DNA of 63,447 nucleotides, the filler included, from Diploschistes diacapsis (lineage: Eukaryota): NCBI GenBank assembly GCA_023645945.1. It is 18 parts of 18 records of this genome, joined end to end, with 100 filler letters (N's around TTAATTAATTAA, not from the genome) between each part and the next. Parts side by side here need not be neighbours in the genome. Positions count along the whole stretch, not along the records: positions 48,285 to 49,575 come from JALAIB010003394.1; positions 49,676 to 50,966 come from JALAIB010003395.1; positions 51,067 to 52,356 come from JALAIB010003396.1; positions 52,457 to 53,745 come from JALAIB010003397.1; positions 53,846 to 55,134 come from JALAIB010003398.1; positions 55,235 to 56,523 come from JALAIB010003399.1; positions 56,624 to 57,909 come from JALAIB010003400.1; positions 58,010 to 59,294 come from JALAIB010003401.1; 10 more parts are not named here. The stretch is one strand, 5' to 3'. Below are positions 48,285-59,646 of this stretch, piece by piece (the stretch's first letter is position 1; every line of letters starts with the position of its first letter). The notes below the pieces were generated by a model. That model had not been told where the DNA came from and did no database searches. It was given only the letters and a program-made list of their open reading frames with translations. The position numbers and the translations under genes were made by a program.

Positions 48285-48665
48285 ACATATAACCATTTTC
48301 TATATCCTATATAATAAAAAAGAATTAAAAAATCAAGAAAGATTAAACTAAAAATAATTAACGATAAACCCGTAAAGAATCCGAATCCTTTCCGACTAAA
48401 TTATACGCACAGACCGCTTAATTTAATATAACCTTACGTCTTCTCTATTCTACGATGCCCCGGCTAGCTAAACAACAACAACCCGACGAGATACCATAAG
48501 CGGCGTAAGAACGGATAGGAACCGAATCGCCAATAAGGCGGTAAACGCCGAATTCTAAGGTTTTAGCACCCCAGAGGTTTTTCCCTAGAGAAGACGCATA
48601 GTTAGTCCTACATACCCCCCGAGGGATAGATTAGAGTAAGATTAAATAAATAATAAATAAATCAT
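48285..48665 (+). mobile_element. Probable 3' end of Tad1-type LINE
   Basis: GC-richer 3'-UTR-like segment (CCCGGCTAG...GCATAGTTAGTCCTACATACCCCCC) ending in a (TAAA)n tail inside RIP-type DNA. Confidence 0.45.
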
Positions 48666-49675
48666 CATTGTTATTAATTATTATATACAATTCTTTATAA
48701 TTGTAATTGATTTTCTATTAGTAAACCATAGGTCGAATAAAATAATAATAAAAAAGCGAAAAACCGCGACAATATTCCGAGATACTAAAAACCACGTAGA
48801 AAACGATAAATTTTGAAACGGCTAACAGCCTTAAATTTAACGGATACCGTTTACTTATCCCGACGGGAATCATTCATACATAATAAGATATTAACGGAAT
48901 CTCCACGGTCAGCAGACGCAGAGGCTTCGCGAAAAAAAGAAATCGTCGAACAAAAACGCGTCGTCGTCGAAATTCCTAAATCAGGCGAAAAACATTAATG
49001 TTAAAACTCTATTACAGAAAAAGATTATTTAACGTAAACCCTTCGCGAATTAACCGGGAAAATATTTCTCACGTTAAAAAAACGCTAAAGATTATTAAAA
49101 CAAAAAAGAATCTAAGATTTAATTATAGATATAATAATCTAAAGATTTAAACTACGTTTCCGGTAATCGAAACGGAATATAAAACGTGGACTATTCGCAA
49201 ACGAGCCATATTTAACGAGTATATTATTAACGTCACGAGATACTTCCGACTTTAACATTTATATAAATATTAATAATTATATATAAGTTAACTGAACATC
49301 TATAATAGTTTATAATAATTAATAATACACGAGAAATAAACACGTTATATTTATACATAATTACGCTGGAAATTCGTTACGCTACGTAAACGTTTCGGGA
49401 AAATTTTCTAAAAGTTAAGTTCGTTTATAAGATCAATATCGATATAAATACGGTCACGTGAATTTATTTTAAAGAATATTTATTTAATTTAATTATAGAT
49501 TTAATGAATCGGGAATTAAACGTAACACGCCGATACGCCGACGCGAAATAAAGAATTAATTAATCCGTATAGGAANNNNNNNNNNNNNNNNNNNNNNNNN
49601 NNNNNNNNNNNNNNNNNNNTTAATTAATTAANNNNNNNNNNNNNNNNNNNNNNNNNNNNNNNNNNNNNNNNNNNN

Positions 49676-49847
49676 AATATATTATTATAATTTTAGGATA
49701 TATAAATAATCGTTAATATTAGATTTTATTAAAATCGAATTATTATTATACGAGGTAGTCATTATTGAGAAAGATCGAATGTAAGATGAAAATAGTGATT
49801 TGAGGTGGCCGGAATCTGGGGGTGGCCGGAATCCCCGTGAAACACGT
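49676..49847 (-). mobile_element. Fot1/pogo family 1, 5' end
   Basis: Reverse-complement TIR ending ...GAAACACGT|TA, followed inward by ATGACTACCTCG as in the 21106 copy. Confidence 0.85.
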
Positions 49848-49849
49848 TA

Positions 49850-50071
49850 GGGTAAAGATCATGATTCGGAAAGCAAGAAAAGAAATTATTTAGATGAAAA
49901 GAAAGCACAAATAAATAGTGTGGGTGCCAGCCCCTACTAGGGTTCAGGCACTACCCACCAACACAGCCACTCCCTAACATCCTTGGCGTGGCTGGCAGCG
50001 GCTATCCCCGGTGGGACCCGTCATGTGACCCTGCCGTCATGGCTTGGCAGACACCTGGGCTGATCTGTCTC
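49850..50071 (-). repeat. LTR-like family A fragment (starts TGAGACAG)
   Basis: Homologous to 50407-50966, 53456-53745, 55528-56065 and 62620-63168. Confidence 0.7.
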
Positions 50072-50166
50072 ATTCCTTTAATAAAGCTCGAGGTGGTATA
50101 AATTTAATTATAAAAAGCAATTTTTTAATTATATTGTCTGAAATATTCATTTTAAAGATATTTAAA

Positions 50167-50406
50167 TGTTATAATTTTTATCTTTATAAATATAGACACG
50201 AGGTATTACTTAAAATAAGTTTCATTTTAGTTGAAAAAAGTATAAAAAAAAAGAAAAAGAAGAATAATTATAAATTTAACATTATTTTTATAGGAAGGTT
50301 CTAGTAATAAAAGATAATTAATATAAATTGATCCCGAGCTTTAATTAAGAATATTCATAAAAATGAATATAATAGGACTTAAAAGAACTATAATAAAGGT
50401 TCTTAT
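50167..50406 (-). repeat. LTR family B fragment interrupted by a family A insertion
   Basis: Begins TGTTATAA...AGACACGAGG as in the other family B copies; homology stops where family A starts. Confidence 0.65.
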
Positions 50407-50966
50407 TGAGATAGATCAGCCCAGGGGCCTGCCAAGCCACGGCAGGGTCACATGACGGGTCCCACCGCGTATAACCGCTGCCAGCCGTACCAAGGATGTT
50501 AAAGGGTGGCTATGTAGGCGGGTAATACCCGAACCCTATAGGGCTGGCATCCACATTATTTATTTATGCCACCCTTTTATTTAGATAGTTTCTTTTCTAA
50601 CTTTTCGAATCGAGACCTTTTACTTATAAATGCTTAGCTACACGTAACCCTTCCGGATCAGGCCCAGCCTTCGGTAATATAATATCCCATTCTGGCTAGT
50701 GTTTCATAGTGGAAAAGTTTATTTTATCTTCGCACTCGTGACGAGAGTTTAAAAACGTCAACAGAATTAAATATTCGAGTATCTACGATTACCGAACTCG
50801 AAAGTACTACTCGCCGACCCATTATAAACAATAACCCCAGCTAATAAAAAAATAAAAAAATAAAAAGAAAATCGATAATATCTCCGTCTTTTAAAGAATC
50901 AACCGAGATCCCAACGATTAAAAAATACGATTTAAAAAACGAATCGATAACTAAAGAATAATTTAT
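50407..50966 (+). repeat. LTR-like family A
   Basis: Starts TGAGATAGATCAGCCCAGG; multi-copy in the window. Confidence 0.7.
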
Positions 50967-51099
50967 NNNNNNNNNNNNNNNNNNNNNNNNNNNNNNNNNN
51001 NNNNNNNNNNTTAATTAATTAANNNNNNNNNNNNNNNNNNNNNNNNNNNNNNNNNNNNNNNNNNNNTTAATTAATATTATTAATATTATCAACAGTAAA

Positions 51100-51560
51100 T
51101 ATTATTTATTTTAATAATTGCATTGCACTTGCTAGCTGAAGCTGGCTTACCCTAATAAATTATATATAGAAAGTATTGCAGTAAAAACTCTTCTCGGCTT
51201 TAAAACAAAACCAGCTACATAATCATAATTCCAAATAACACTTCAAGCACTGCCATGCAGCTAAGTTACACTAAAGTTCTCACACTAGCATTATTCTTAC
51301 CTACTCTTTTAACCTTTTGCGATCATAGTATGTTATTAATTGTAAACGTGGTTTTTTCGTTATTCCTATTTTTCGACCGTATATTTTTTTAATTTGTTGA
51401 ATGCCGAGTTGGTGTTTTTGTTGAACGGGATTTTAGTCTTTTAGCATTTAGACCATACTTGACAGACTGGAGTGGCAGCAGTAGGCATCGAACTCACGAC
51501 CTTTCATCTTTTAACGAAATGGTCATGCAGCAGTCGTCTTGACCATTCGATCATGCTGCC
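51100..51560 (-). mobile_element. tRNA-headed SINE-like element or tRNA pseudogene (tRNA-like head 51473-51560)
   Basis: Perfect 7-bp acceptor stem GGCAGCA/TGCTGCC, A-box-like TGATCGAATGG and B-box GTTCGATGCC. The anticodon arm is aberrant. A ~370-bp body ends in an AT-rich tail. Confidence 0.5.
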
Positions 51561-52683
51561 AAGAATAATATTATTAGTATTAATATTACGATTGTTGAAT
51601 TATGTTCTGTTTACGTAATTATGTACTAATAAATTAATTGACCTTGGTATCTTTACCAAACCTTTCGCCAAACACTTTAGCGAAAGATGGCGACTCGCGT
51701 GAACGCATTATCCATGCGGGTTTCGCCAACTTGGAATACTCGTCGATAATAAGTTAATGTTTAAATTATTAACGAGTTTAAATACACTGATGGTTTCATG
51801 TCAACGATATATCATTTACTCGTCGATTATTTGTCAACGGTCGGTGTTACCAGTTCGTTACAGTTATATTAAATTTATTAATTAAAATTATATTTCTTTA
51901 AGATTGCGCCTTTAAATCAATATATTTAAATTATTTAAATTATTACGTTTATTGTATTACGAAAATGTTTGATTCTTGTAAAGGGTAGAATACGACAATG
52001 TGGCAAGATGGCTGTACGCAGGGCAGGTTCATGCTAGGACTAATTACTAAAGAAGAGGAGAGAGTAAGAAGGGCAAAATCACCCTTCAAGTACCAGCAAG
52101 CTAAGACCCTGAGCGCCGCTTATCCGACTCTTAGCATGTTACTCGCTTAACCTTATAATTATCTCTTCCTTTCTTGCTCTAGTCCTTCAGAGCTACCTTC
52201 ATAATCCTCTCTTTACTTACTAAATTAAATTAAATAATTAATTCGATATATATCGTTACCATCTCGATCTCTTATATAAATCGAATTTAATTAACACGTT
52301 AAATCCGCGTCTCCCGCGTAAGTTATACATTAATACCTTATTCTCGCCTTTATATANNNNNNNNNNNNNNNNNNNNNNNNNNNNNNNNNNNNNNNNNNNN
52401 TTAATTAATTAANNNNNNNNNNNNNNNNNNNNNNNNNNNNNNNNNNNNNNNNNNNNTATATATTTTTATTAAGACGTCGTTATTTTATTTTATTTTTATT
52501 AAATGTTATTAAAATTTGGTTGTGTATTTTAATATTAAGTTTTTTTATCGAATTATTTAGATAACTTATATAATATAATTTTTGTCGTTATCGTACCGAA
52601 AGTTAATCTAATTTATTTCTTAAATTTCGAGAACTTAATAAATATTTTTAACACGTTTTTTTATTCTTTTAAATAGTCTTTTT

Positions 52684-53139
52684 TTATGATCTCTATATCT
52701 ACAAGGTATACACGAGGTATTGATCAAGGTGGGTTTGGTCTCTGTTAAAAGAGGAGTATAGGAAAGAAATGAAGTAGATCGGTTACAGGTCTGTACTGAT
52801 CTCTAGAAAGATTACTCTCTATTAATAAAAAATAACGAGTATAAATTAATCTCGAACAATCGCTAAAGATGTCTATAAAAATAAACACGCCCCGACTCAT
52901 AAGAACCATAGCGGTATTCCTATATAATCAACTACTCCCTAATAAAATAAATCAGTAGATAGATAAAACTACCGTTCTCCCGTTCTACCCACAAAAGGGT
53001 AAAATAACCTCCAAAACTTTCTACTTATCACGTGATTAATATCATCATGATTGAACTATATACAAAAAATAATTAGAAAGATACCCGATCAATTATGAAA
53101 TACCAAATAAACTACCATCTAATTACTTAGATCGTAACA
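52684..53139 (-). repeat. LTR family B (3' LTR) preceded by a polypurine tract
   Basis: Termini TGTTACGATC...GATCATAA(CA). On the minus strand GAAGGAGGGAAATAA lies immediately before TG (53140-53154), as for a Gypsy PPT. Confidence 0.75.
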
Positions 53140-53455
53140 TTATTTCCCTCCTTCAACCTTGTCGGCCCGACAAGCACCGAAAGGTAAACATAAATACTAA
53201 ATAAAAAAGAATGCTAAGTCGTGGGACAGCGATGTCTTCTTCATCTTCAAAATAAAAGAAACGTCTAGATTCCATCATTCGTTTTCGGGATTTTCTAAAC
53301 ACACTACCTTACAACTATTGTCTAAGTTAACGGTTATATCGCCTAAGCAATTAAACTGGGTATTAAAAAATAAAGCTTCTATTTCACCGAGTTGATTTCA
53401 ACCGACGTCCCGTTAATCCCACGTTAACCAATCTATTAACGGATAAGCGTCGTAA

Positions 53456-53745
53456 TGAGACAGCCCAGCCCAGGGGCCTGCCAAGCTGGGCCTGCCAAGC
53501 CCCGGCAGGGTCAATGCCCAGGTGCTTGCCAAGATACGGCAGGGTCAGGGAATGGCTATATAAACGGGTAGTTCCCGAACCCTAATAGATCCGGCATCCA
53601 TATTATTTAACGGTGCCTTCTTCTCATTTAAATAGTTTCTTCTTCAGCTTTTCGAATCGAGATTTTTTATTTATAAATATTTAAACTATATTTAATCCTT
53701 CCGGATCAGACCTAGCTCCCGATAAAATAACATTCTTTCTTACGC
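53456..53745 (+). repeat. LTR-like family A (truncated by contig end)
   Basis: Starts TGAGACAGCCCAGCCCAGG. Confidence 0.7.
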
Positions 53746-53955
53746 NNNNNNNNNNNNNNNNNNNNNNNNNNNNNNNNNNNNNNNNNNNNTTAATTAATTA
53801 ANNNNNNNNNNNNNNNNNNNNNNNNNNNNNNNNNNNNNNNNNNNNGCTTTATAATTACGATTTTATTAACGAAGAAATATACCCGCTTAATAAGATATTA
53901 AGATATCTTATAAATAATTCTTGAAAAAAATATTTATTCTATAAACTGACTCGAT

Positions 53956-54300
53956 TAGGGATGAGCGGTAAGATAATTTTATCGAACTCGTCTTATCTAT
54001 CGATCCAGATTAGTAAACACGGTTACCGGGTTCGCACGGTAAGTCTTTAAGTCCAGCAAACGGGCAACGGGTGGGTAACGTAGTAGCTATTAATTAATTC
54101 CTTTTTTTTTAATTTATTATAGGGTTATTCGTTAATCTCGTTAATATCGTCGATTGATTCGTTGTTAATAAATTTTTTATCGGAATTCTTTATTAATTCC
54201 TAAACGCCTTTATTAGTACCAACTTGCCGCCCAGCTTAACCACGGATAACTATTAGGATTCGATATAAGGGTTTCTTTTAGGTTCGGTATCACGGGTTTT
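53956..54300 (+). mobile_element. hAT-like transposon end
   Basis: TAGGGATGAGCGG resembles the hAT TIR consensus (Ac CAGGGATG); subterminal ACGG/AAACGG-type motifs follow. Confidence 0.4.
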
Positions 54301-54551
54301 CAATAATATAAAATATATTTAATATAATTGTTTAGCGAATTTCGATAATAACATCAGATATCTTGTATTATCTTAATCGCGATATACTTCCGATACCCGG
54401 AATCACATTACCGTATTAATCTAATTTTTCTAAATAAACGCCATCTATTTTATACGTTTTAGCGTTAAGCGGTCTCCGATGGTTTATTACGTTATGTCGG
54501 AATTATGCTTGCTCGGCTTTTTTAAAGAAGCGAATTTATTTATTTTATATA

Positions 54552-55134
54552 ACGTGTTTCACGGGGATTCCGGCCACCCCCAGATTCCGGCCACCTCAAA
54601 TCACTACCGCCAACATTCTACGGTTTTTAGATATAATTTGTTCGTCGTAATCAGAATCTAATCGATCTAAATCAAATCTATTTTCTTCCTCTTCATCCTT
54701 CTTGATTTTAAAAACGCGACGACGTTTTTTACGCGTTATAGATCGTTTCGAAACTGTCCGACTCGATTTAACCCGAGCTACTATTTTAAGAATTTCTTCT
54801 ATATTAAATATAAAACGACCATTTAATTCGATTCGTTTATCTAATTTACGTTTTTTACGATTATTAAAAAGCGCTTTTTACTTTCGATTTTCTTTACGAA
54901 GCGTTGTAAACTTAATATACGTCGATTTAAACATACGGATTACTCGACTCGAATAACGTCGAATCGGGTTGATTAATTTTAAAACGGCTCGTAACGCCTG
55001 ATTAAACTTTTTATTAGCCTTTCGTAGTTCTGTCGCATTTAATAAAGAATTATATAACAATGATAAATTCAAATCGAATTGATTCGTGGTTAAAAAAAGG
55101 CTGTAAGATAGAGGTAAAAAAATCTGGTAAATCG
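54552..55134 (-). mobile_element. Fot1/pogo family 1, 3' end
   Basis: TA + TIR identical to the 49847 TIR; interior encodes a degenerate transposase C-terminus ('NATELRKANKKFN'), homologous to 59395-59646. Confidence 0.85.
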
Positions 55135-55234
55135 NNNNNNNNNNNNNNNNNNNNNNNNNNNNNNNNNNNNNNNNNNNNTTAATTAATTAANNNNNNNNNN
55201 NNNNNNNNNNNNNNNNNNNNNNNNNNNNNNNNNN

Positions 55235-55413
55235 TTATTATTCGAGATTAATTTATATTTATTATTTTTATTTTTAGAGAGCTTTCTTTTTAAAGATAAT
55301 CTAAAACCTATAACTGCTCTACCTTCTTCTCCTACTTGCATTCCTCTTCTAACAGAGACCAAACCCATCTTGACTCTACTCGTGTATATCTTGTATAGAT
55401 AGAGATCATAACA
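55235..55413 (+). repeat. LTR family B fragment
   Basis: Ends GATCATAACA; reverse complement of the 56114 copy. Confidence 0.7.
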
Positions 55414-55527
55414 GAAAGTAGGAGATTTCTTTCTGAAAACTCTTCTTATATGGGCCCGCGGCCTTGGCGCGGTGCTAGGGCTGAGATCTTCCGCTCGCCC
55501 GGAGGACTGTCACAGGTATCTGTTACA

Positions 55528-56065
55528 GTATTCTTTAATCGTTGGAATCTCGATTGATTCTTTAAAAGTCGGAAGTGCTATAAATTCTCTTCTTTTCTTT
55601 TAATTCTTTCTATCAACGGGGGCTATTATTTATAATAATTCGACGGGTAATACTTTCGAGTTCGGTTATCGTAGATACTCGAATATTTAATTCGGTTGAC
55701 GTTTTAAACTCTCGTCATGAGTACGAAAATAAAGCGAACTTTTCGAATATAAAACGCCAGCGCAGGAATAGGATACTACTTACTACCGGGGGCTGGGCCT
55801 GATCCGGAAGGATTACGTGTAGCTAAATATTTATAGGCAAAAGGTCTCGATTCGAAAAGCTAGAAAAGAAACTATCTAAAAGGGAAGGTGGCATAAATAA
55901 ATAGTATGTAAGTGCCAGCCCTACGGGGTTCGGGCACTACCCGCCTACACAACCACCCCCTAACATCCTTGGCACGGCTAACACCTGTCATGTGACACTG
56001 CCGTTATGTGACCCTGCCGTCACATGACCCTGTGGCTTGACAGGCGCCTGGGCTGATCTGTCTCA
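55528..56065 (-). repeat. LTR-like family A
   Basis: Ends ...GATCTGTCTCA; homologous to the other family A copies. Confidence 0.7.
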
Positions 56066-56113
56066 TTTTATATTTAATATAAACGAAGGTCTTGAAATAA
56101 TAATTCGAGTTAA

Positions 56114-56523
56114 TGTTATGATCTCTATCTCTACAAGATAGACACGAGGTATTGATCAAGGTAGGTTTGGTCTCGTTTAGAAGAGGAGTGCAAGCAGGAG
56201 AAAAAGGTAGAGCAGTTATAGGTCTTGGATTATTTCTGGAAAGAAGGTTCTCTAATAATAGAAATAACGAATATAAATTAATCCCGAGTAATAATTAAAG
56301 ATATTTATAAAAATAAACACGTCCTAAATTTATAAAAATTATAACGACGTTCTTATATAATTAACAGCTCTTTTAATAAAATAAATAAATAGAATTATCG
56401 TTCTTTCTTTCTATTTACGACTAAATAGAATGGTTTTTTAGACCTTTTACTCGTCACGTGACCCGTGTTACCCTAATTAGACTATATATAAGAAATAGTT
56501 AGGAAGTGCCCGACTAACTGTTA
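56114..56523 (-). repeat. LTR family B (truncated by contig end)
   Basis: TGTTATGATCTCTATCTCTACAAGATAGACACGAGG terminus shared with the other family B copies. Confidence 0.75.
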
Positions 56524-56623
56524 NNNNNNNNNNNNNNNNNNNNNNNNNNNNNNNNNNNNNNNNNNNNTTAATTAATTAANNNNNNNNNNNNNNNNNNNNN
56601 NNNNNNNNNNNNNNNNNNNNNNN

Positions 56624-57159
56624 GTGTTAGTATCCGTGTTTTAGATTTTTTAGCTGCGGTGTCCGTGTTCGTGGATTTACGGAAATGTAGTATTTGTGTT
56701 AGTATTAATGTTTTAAAAATTTTAATTATAATGTCCGTGTCCGTGCTTTTATTATAATATAATGTTCGTGTTAGTGTTCGTGTCGAAAATTTTTTTATTA
56801 TAATATCCGTGTCCGTGCATTTACCGAAACATTTTAAATTATTTTTTTAATTTTAATAATTCTAGAATTATTACGTTTATTTTTACGCTTTTATTTTTTT
56901 AAAAAATTTCACTGCGGTATTTCGGTGGATTTACCGTAGTATTTCGGTGGATTTACGGAAATGCAGTGTCCGTGTTAGTATTAATATTTTAAAATTTTTA
57001 ATTGTAGTATCCGTGTCCGTGCTTTTACTGTAATGTAGTGTCCGTGTTAGTGTCCGTGTTTTAAAATTTTAGCTGTCGTGTCCGTGTTAGTGTCCGTGTT
57101 TTGAAATTTTTTGTTGTAGTGTCCGTGTCAGTGACCGTGGTACGAAACGGCCAGCCTAG
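56624..57159. mobile_element. DNA-transposon end with a dense subterminal GTGTCCGTG(T) repeat array (hAT-like; Helitron 3' end possible)
   Basis: Many copies of GTCCGTG/GTTAGTG ending abruptly at ...CCGTGGTACGAAACGGCCAGCCTAG|T. Confidence 0.5.
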
Positions 57160-57299
57160 TCTATTTGGCGTAAGGAGTATCGAAATCCTCGATACGTTCG
57201 TGGTCGACGTCGTTTGTATAAAGATATATTTAATAATTAACTTTAATCTAATATTTTCGTTATTGATCCTTAATATATAAAGATTCAGGTGTTAAACTG

Positions 57300-57740
57300 A
57301 ACTGATTACTCGATGCTAAAATATTGGTTTTATGATTAGGCGATGCTTCGTATAGTAACACGTCGTTTGTTCCTTCGCTTTAAAGATAATTTTTGACTAG
57401 TATAAATCATTTCTTATGGTTTTTTTTGCTTAATACTGGAGCTACTTTTTTCTTGCTTATGATATCTTTTATGGTTATAGTTTTCGTAAATAAAGAAGAT
57501 TAATATAATGAATAAATCGTAGTTGATAAATGGTTGATAAATGGAGTAAAAAAGTGTGAATTTTCTGTTAAAGAAGTGAAGGTAATCGAGTAAGTTCAGT
57601 AAGTTTAGCTGAACTTCGATACTTGTTCAGAATGATCGAATGAATATAGTAATAGAATTTTATTAGATTTCGATGATTGTCGAGGAAGAAGATTTTCGGG
57701 TGTTAATTAAGTAAACCTGAATTCAGGTCCTAAACTTTGA
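57300..57740 (-). mobile_element. RIP-degraded probable copia gag start, related to 42716-44008
   Basis: Minus-strand 'DIISKKKVAPVLSKKNHKK*FILVKNYL*SEG'. Confidence 0.45.
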
Positions 57741-58009
57741 TTTGATTTAATTAATTTAACTCTCCTAGAGCAGCGTAGTCGGTGCCCGCGTTTTATTAAT
57801 AAGTAATTTAACTTCTACTTTAGATCTAATTACTTTAGGGTGTTATAATCCAGATCTTAGGCTTTTAAAATCTTTTTAATTTAATCTGTAATAGGTAACG
57901 TAATTGGATNNNNNNNNNNNNNNNNNNNNNNNNNNNNNNNNNNNNNNNNNNNNTTAATTAATTAANNNNNNNNNNNNNNNNNNNNNNNNNNNNNNNNNNN
58001 NNNNNNNNN

Positions 58010-58538
58010 TGAAATTTTTATCCCTTTAGGTTGAATAAGTCTGCGGTATTTTATTATTTTGTTCTTATAGTTGTTTAAATTCTTTAAAGGTTCTTACGTG
58101 TTTTGTTCTAATAAATATCCTTTTTACTTAATAAAAAATCCTTTAGGGTCATTATTCAAAATTTTCTTAACTTCGTATTCGTTCTCGTTGTCAGGTTCAA
58201 AATAAAAGATTTCTTATAACGATGTATCTAGATATGCTGATTCGAGATATCGGAAATAAAACATTAGATAAACTTTCGCGTCCTTTAATAATTTAAATCC
58301 ATAATTAACTCGTTAGCTTTCGTTTAATATAATAAGTTATTTATTAATAAAGAAAGGTTCGATTTTAACGTGATCGAGCTTCTTAAAGGATTTACGTGTT
58401 TTAAAATTATTTATGTATAAGTAAATTTTATTTTCTTTTTTTAATTAAGGATTCTTTTTTAAGATTCTAAGTTTCTTAATATTATTCAGTGTTTCATTAT
58501 TAAATGATCGTATATTTTAAAATTTTTTAATTTTTTTG
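58010..58538 (-). mobile_element. RIP-degraded Ty3/Gypsy chromovirus integrase C-terminus and chromodomain
   Basis: 'KKLDHVKIEPF' (GPY/F module) ... 'EPDNENEYEVKKIL...VKGY...NT*EPLKNL' (chromodomain EYEVEKIL/NTWEPxxNL). Confidence 0.75.
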
Positions 58539-58540
58539 TA

Positions 58541-59175
58541 ACGTGTTTGACGGGGAACCGGGCCACCCCCAGAAATGGGCCACTTCTCATTACAACTTTC
58601 ATCTTTTTCTTCGATTTTTTCAATAATGACTACCTCGCATCGTAATAATTCGATTTTAATAGAATTTAATATCAACGACTGTTTATAGGCCCTAAATTTT
58701 CAATAATATACCAACGTTCGAGAAGCTACCCGCGTATTTAAAATTCCTTATTTAACCATCATGCGTCGATTTATTAAAGTATAATCACGTTCTAATAGTC
58801 ACGAATCAAGTCAAATCCTTTTAAATCCTGAAAAAAAGATATTAGTACGATGGATTACACGTCTTATATAAACTAGCTTTCCTACATCGCCTGCGTTGAT
58901 AATAAAAATGACCGAAGAGATTCAACGCGAAAAAATTCAATTCGGTTCGACTCTAGAAGTCATAATCGCGAATCTTTAATTTATCGGCAAAAATTAGGTA
59001 TCGCGATTTCGCAAACGATTTCCTAAAATTATTAATATTTGGACGAGATAGATCGAGTCGAATAAATTTAATACGATAAGTTACGAGGCTATACAACGGT
59101 GATTCGATGCAGTAATAACTTAATATAATAAAGGATAATACGCGCCCGAACACATCTATAATATAAACGATATAG
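58541..59175 (+). mobile_element. Fot1/pogo family 1, 5' part, inserted at TA in the Gypsy relic
   Basis: TA|ACGTGTTTGACGG TIR; collinear with 21106-21735. Confidence 0.85.
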
Positions 59176-59201
59176 AAAAGCTAATTTATATAAAACGTAT
59201 A

Positions 59202-59294
59202 ACGTATATATATAACGAACGGATATTCATAACGAACGGACATCCCCTATTCGATTTTACGAACTTTCAACTTTTATATCAATTTTCTACGCGT
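59202..59294 (+). mobile_element. Fot1/pogo family 2 end
   Basis: TA|ACGTATAT...AACGAACGGA x2; homologous to 61977-62063. Confidence 0.6.
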
Positions 59295-59394
59295 NNNNNN
59301 NNNNNNNNNNNNNNNNNNNNNNNNNNNNNNNNNNNNNNTTAATTAATTAANNNNNNNNNNNNNNNNNNNNNNNNNNNNNNNNNNNNNNNNNNNN

Positions 59395-59646
59395 ATATAA
59401 ACGAAGTTTTTAAAATAATAATTCGAGTTAAATCGAGTCGAATAATTTCGAAACGATTTATAACGCGTAAAAAACGTCGTCGCGTTTCTGAAATCGAGGA
59501 AGATAAAGAGGAAGAAAATAGATTCAATTTAAATCGATTAGATTTTAATTGTGACGAATAGGTTGTATCTAAAAACCGTAGAATGTTGGCGGTAGTAATT
59601 TGAGGTGACTGAGCTTTGGGGTGGCCGAGCTGACCGTGAAACACGT
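59395..59646 (+). mobile_element. Fot1/pogo family 1, 3' end
   Basis: Ends ...CCGTGAAACACGT|TA; reverse complement of the 54552 region. Confidence 0.85.

Noticed and set aside
49850..50625. Single foldback/MITE element with long TIRs
   Set aside because: The arms occur singly elsewhere (53456, 56065, 63168) and the interior is a family B LTR, so nesting explains it better.
51502..51519. Plus-strand tRNA-Lys(TTT) suggested by CTTTTAA
   Set aside because: The flanking stem does not pair correctly, and the A/B boxes are on the minus strand.
54702..54956. AT-rich ORFs in TE contigs (also 50044, 54479, 58953) as organellar or bacterial genes
   Set aside because: They lie in or beside multi-copy RIP-mutated transposon sequence and are chance frames.
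56624..57135. CRISPR-like array
   Set aside because: Eukaryotic context, short degenerate units, no unique spacers of constant length and no cas genes.
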